Both the position numbers and the translations under genes were made by a program. A stretch of 51,339 nucleotides of DNA, filler included, from Jimgerdemannia flammicorona (lineage: Eukaryota), in the NCBI GenBank assembly GCA_003990765.1. It is 2 parts of 2 records of this genome, joined end to end, with 100 filler letters (N's around TTAATTAATTAA, not from the genome) between each part and the next. Parts side by side here need not be neighbours in the genome. Positions count along the whole stretch, not along the records: positions 25,721 to 51,339 come from RBNJ01000813.1; 1 more part is not named here. The stretch is one strand, 5' to 3'. This document shows positions 48,601 to 51,339 of the stretch, in pieces. Under the pieces are notes generated by a model. The model worked only from the letters and a program-made list of their open reading frames with translations, did not search any database and had not been told where the DNA came from. Each line of letters starts with the position of its first letter. Position 1 is the first letter of the stretch.

Positions 48601-51339
48601 CTATACAGATTTACTGGGAAGGGGCTAGTAGGGAGGCAGAGAAGTACAAAGGAAAAGGATGAGGTGTGCCTCCAATTGGTTGGTTAGACTGCAGATGGAA
48701 TGGGCAGATCTATTGTATTCTGGTGAGGTAGATGAGTGGAGGTTGGCACAGGCAAAATTGGAGGTGATGGAGCTGCAACAGGTGTTGAGAGAGGAGGAGG
48801 AGATGCATATGAAAGGAATGGCAGCTAGGCTGAGGTGGCAGGGACTTGAGGAAGGAGAGAGGCCTACTAGGTACTTGTTGTGGCTCCTCCTGGCCAGGAG
48901 GGTGCAGCATTGATGAGATGGGGTCCTGGATGCAGAGGGGGAAATAGTACATGGCACACAATAGATCTTGGGAATACTGAAGAAGAGGTGGAGGGATTTG
49001 TGGAGTGAAGAAGAAGGGAGTAAGGATGAGGAGACAATTGGAAACACACTGGAGGATTGGGATCCACCATGAGTGGAGGGCCTTGGTGACGTGATCCTTC
49101 CAGTCCAAGAGGAGGAGATACAGAGAGTCATTGTAGCAACTAAGCTTAGGATGGCACCAGGAGAGGATGGGCTACCTTGGGACTTTTAGAAGAAGATGGC
49201 AAAGGTTCCAGGGGTTCTAGGAGAGATAGCAGCCCTCTGTGACCATGTTATCCTGAATGGTGAGTGGGTTGGGGAGCAGGACTTGGGGTTGTTGGCCTTG
49301 TTGTACAAAGATAAGGGGAGGAGAGAGGACTGGAAGAACTGGATACCGGTCATACTTCTGGATATGGACAGGAAGATGGTGACTAAGGTGATTGTTGCAA
49401 GGCTACAGAAGGTTACTCAACAGGTGCTGGGTGAGAAGCAGTGGGGCTTTGTTGGAGGTTGGCTTATCAGAGATGAGACAACCTGGGTTTATGATATTAT
49501 TGAGGGAGCATGGGCTTGTAGATTGGATGGAAGATTGGTTTTTCTGGACCAGGAGAAGGCCTATGACCACGTTCAGAGAGTGTGGCTAGGCAAGGTGCTG
49601 GATAGAATTGGTGTTCCCTCACAATTTCAAGTTTCTATATTGAATCTGTTGGAGAGCAGTAGGGCAGTACTGATGTATAATGGTCTCTAGGGTCTGGCAT
49701 TTCCCTTGGGAAGAGGAGTTCCTCAGGGAGATCTACTGTCTCCTATTCTCTATGCTCTTTTGTTAGAACTGTTGATAGATAGAATAGAACAGAAGGTGGC
49801 AGGGCTCTCTATATATGGTGTGGTGTGGAATGTGGGGGCCTTTGCTGATGATATGGTTGTGGGACTTGGCTTAGTAGCAGATATTGAGGTGCTTAAGGAG
49901 ACAGTTGAATGATATAAGACACATTCTGGGGCGAAACTCAACTGGCATAAGTGTAAGACAATAGTGCTGGAGAATGGGCTAGTGGGAGGAGACATCATTG
50001 GAACAATTGTCCCTACAGGAGAGGTGGTGAGATATTTGTACATCTTCCTCTCTGTATATGGTTCTATCTTGCCATAGGTGTGGTGGGAAAGGAGGGTGGC
50101 CATTTGGGAGGAGGCTCTTAGAGGTTGAGGAGGGAATCATATCTCTCTAGCAGGCCAGGTATCAATCCTGAATGTCTACTGGTTCCCTAAGCTGTGGTAT
50201 GTTGTATATCATTTGGACTTTCCAGCTTGAGTGGTGAAGAGACGGATGAAACTGGCTAGAGACTGGATTTGGACAGGAAGGCAGTCTTAGATCAGTTGGG
50301 ACACTCTGGCAACACCAGTGGCTTGGGGATGACTAGGTCTAGTGGACCTTCCTAAGAGCCTGTACTGCTTGCAAGCTTAGTGGCTGAAAAGGGCTGTTGA
50401 TTTACAGGGAAGGGATTGGGTGCCACTGTTGCAGTCTCTCTGGTGGGTCTGGATGGAAGCTGATGGCTATGGTATAAGGGCTTCTGGTGTGGGGTGGTAG
50501 ATGGAGCACACTGAATAGGCCTACACTGGTGAGACAATGAGGGAGAGATGCTGTGGGGTCTAGCTATATGGCATTGGGACAGACTGCTTCCCAGGGGTAT
50601 TCCACTTACTGAGTTCAATATTGGTAATAGAGTGAAGTGTCAGTGGGGACTTGGTTAGGATCTTTGGCCAAGTAGTTGGCAGGCAGTGAGGATTGGCAAG
50701 GAGTGGGACTGGGCAGGAGTCTGGTCATAGAGTGCTGAGGTGCAGAGGTGGCTTTCTCCCAAGTTCTGGGTGGTATGGTGGCAGATGTTGCAGAGGAATA
50801 TCATGTTGAATTTCCATGCTGGGCATCTGGTAGATGGTGACCGATTAGATTGTAAGGAGTGTTATAATGTAGGGCAAGTTGGGAGATTTGTGCAGATGCC
50901 AGAACATTGGTTGAGAGAGTGTGAGGTTCTGGGGAACTTTTGGATAGCAGTAGAGGACTGGCTGGATGTGGGGAGGAGGACAGATGGAGAGAGAGATCAC
51001 TGGGAGGATTTGAAATCTCTGTTAGTGGGTGATGTAGGCAATAGTTGGCTCACTGTAGGGTGGGTTTTGGCAGTATAGGTAGGGTTGGTGGGATATTGGC
51101 TCTTTGTTTTTGAGGAGGGGTGACAGATAGATATATAGGAGAAGCTGTTAAGGTGGGAGGGGTTGGTGGGAGATTTGCTGACTGGGTGGTGGGTTGGTTG
51201 GGGTTCCCAGGGTAGGTGACATCACTGTCTGGTAGAAGGGATATGTGAACAGAGTGGTGGGTGAGTGGAGATGGTATCTGACAAAGTGGCCTTTTATTGA
51301 GAGGAGATAGAGGGGGGGGTCCCCCTAGGGGGATTGGGT
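45615..51339 (+). mobile_element. Near full-length L1-clade LINE copy F (ORF1 ~45697-47703; ORF2 from 47736), runs off window end
   Basis: ORF1 SFADKVK + RRM-like region. ORF2 MNSTTNIFSLNVNGL, GEDFN, WSDH, APGEDGLP, LDQEKAYD, PQGDLLSP, GAFADD, C-terminal CKEC-x14-H-x4-C. Scattered stops. Confidence 0.93.

Overview
Repeat-dominated eukaryotic, most likely fungal, genomic DNA. An early-diverging (Mucoromycota-like) origin is my inference from gene and TE style and is not proven. Two sequence blocks are joined exactly at the window centre by an artificial 100-nt N/TTAATTAATTAA spacer (25621-25720). About 85% of the window is nested, decayed retroelements. These comprise at least seven copies or fragments of one G-rich L1-clade LINE family, two chromoviral Ty3/Gypsy relics, and a dUTPase-encoding Ty3/Gypsy family (one structurally complete copy at 29361-36069 inserted antisense into the 5' LTR of an older copy, plus LTR relics). 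The repeats are strongly CpG-depleted and eroded by C>T/G>A transitions. A sharply bounded CpG-rich island (~9.7-17.2 kb) holds a cytochrome P450 pseudogene, a spliced ~865-aa gene with duplicated LOTUS/OST-HTH-like modules around an R/D/Y-rich disordered tract, and an 8-exon class I SAM methyltransferase. The most notable signal is a decayed accessory ORF between integrase and the 3' LTR that is homologous across three different Gypsy lineages in the window.
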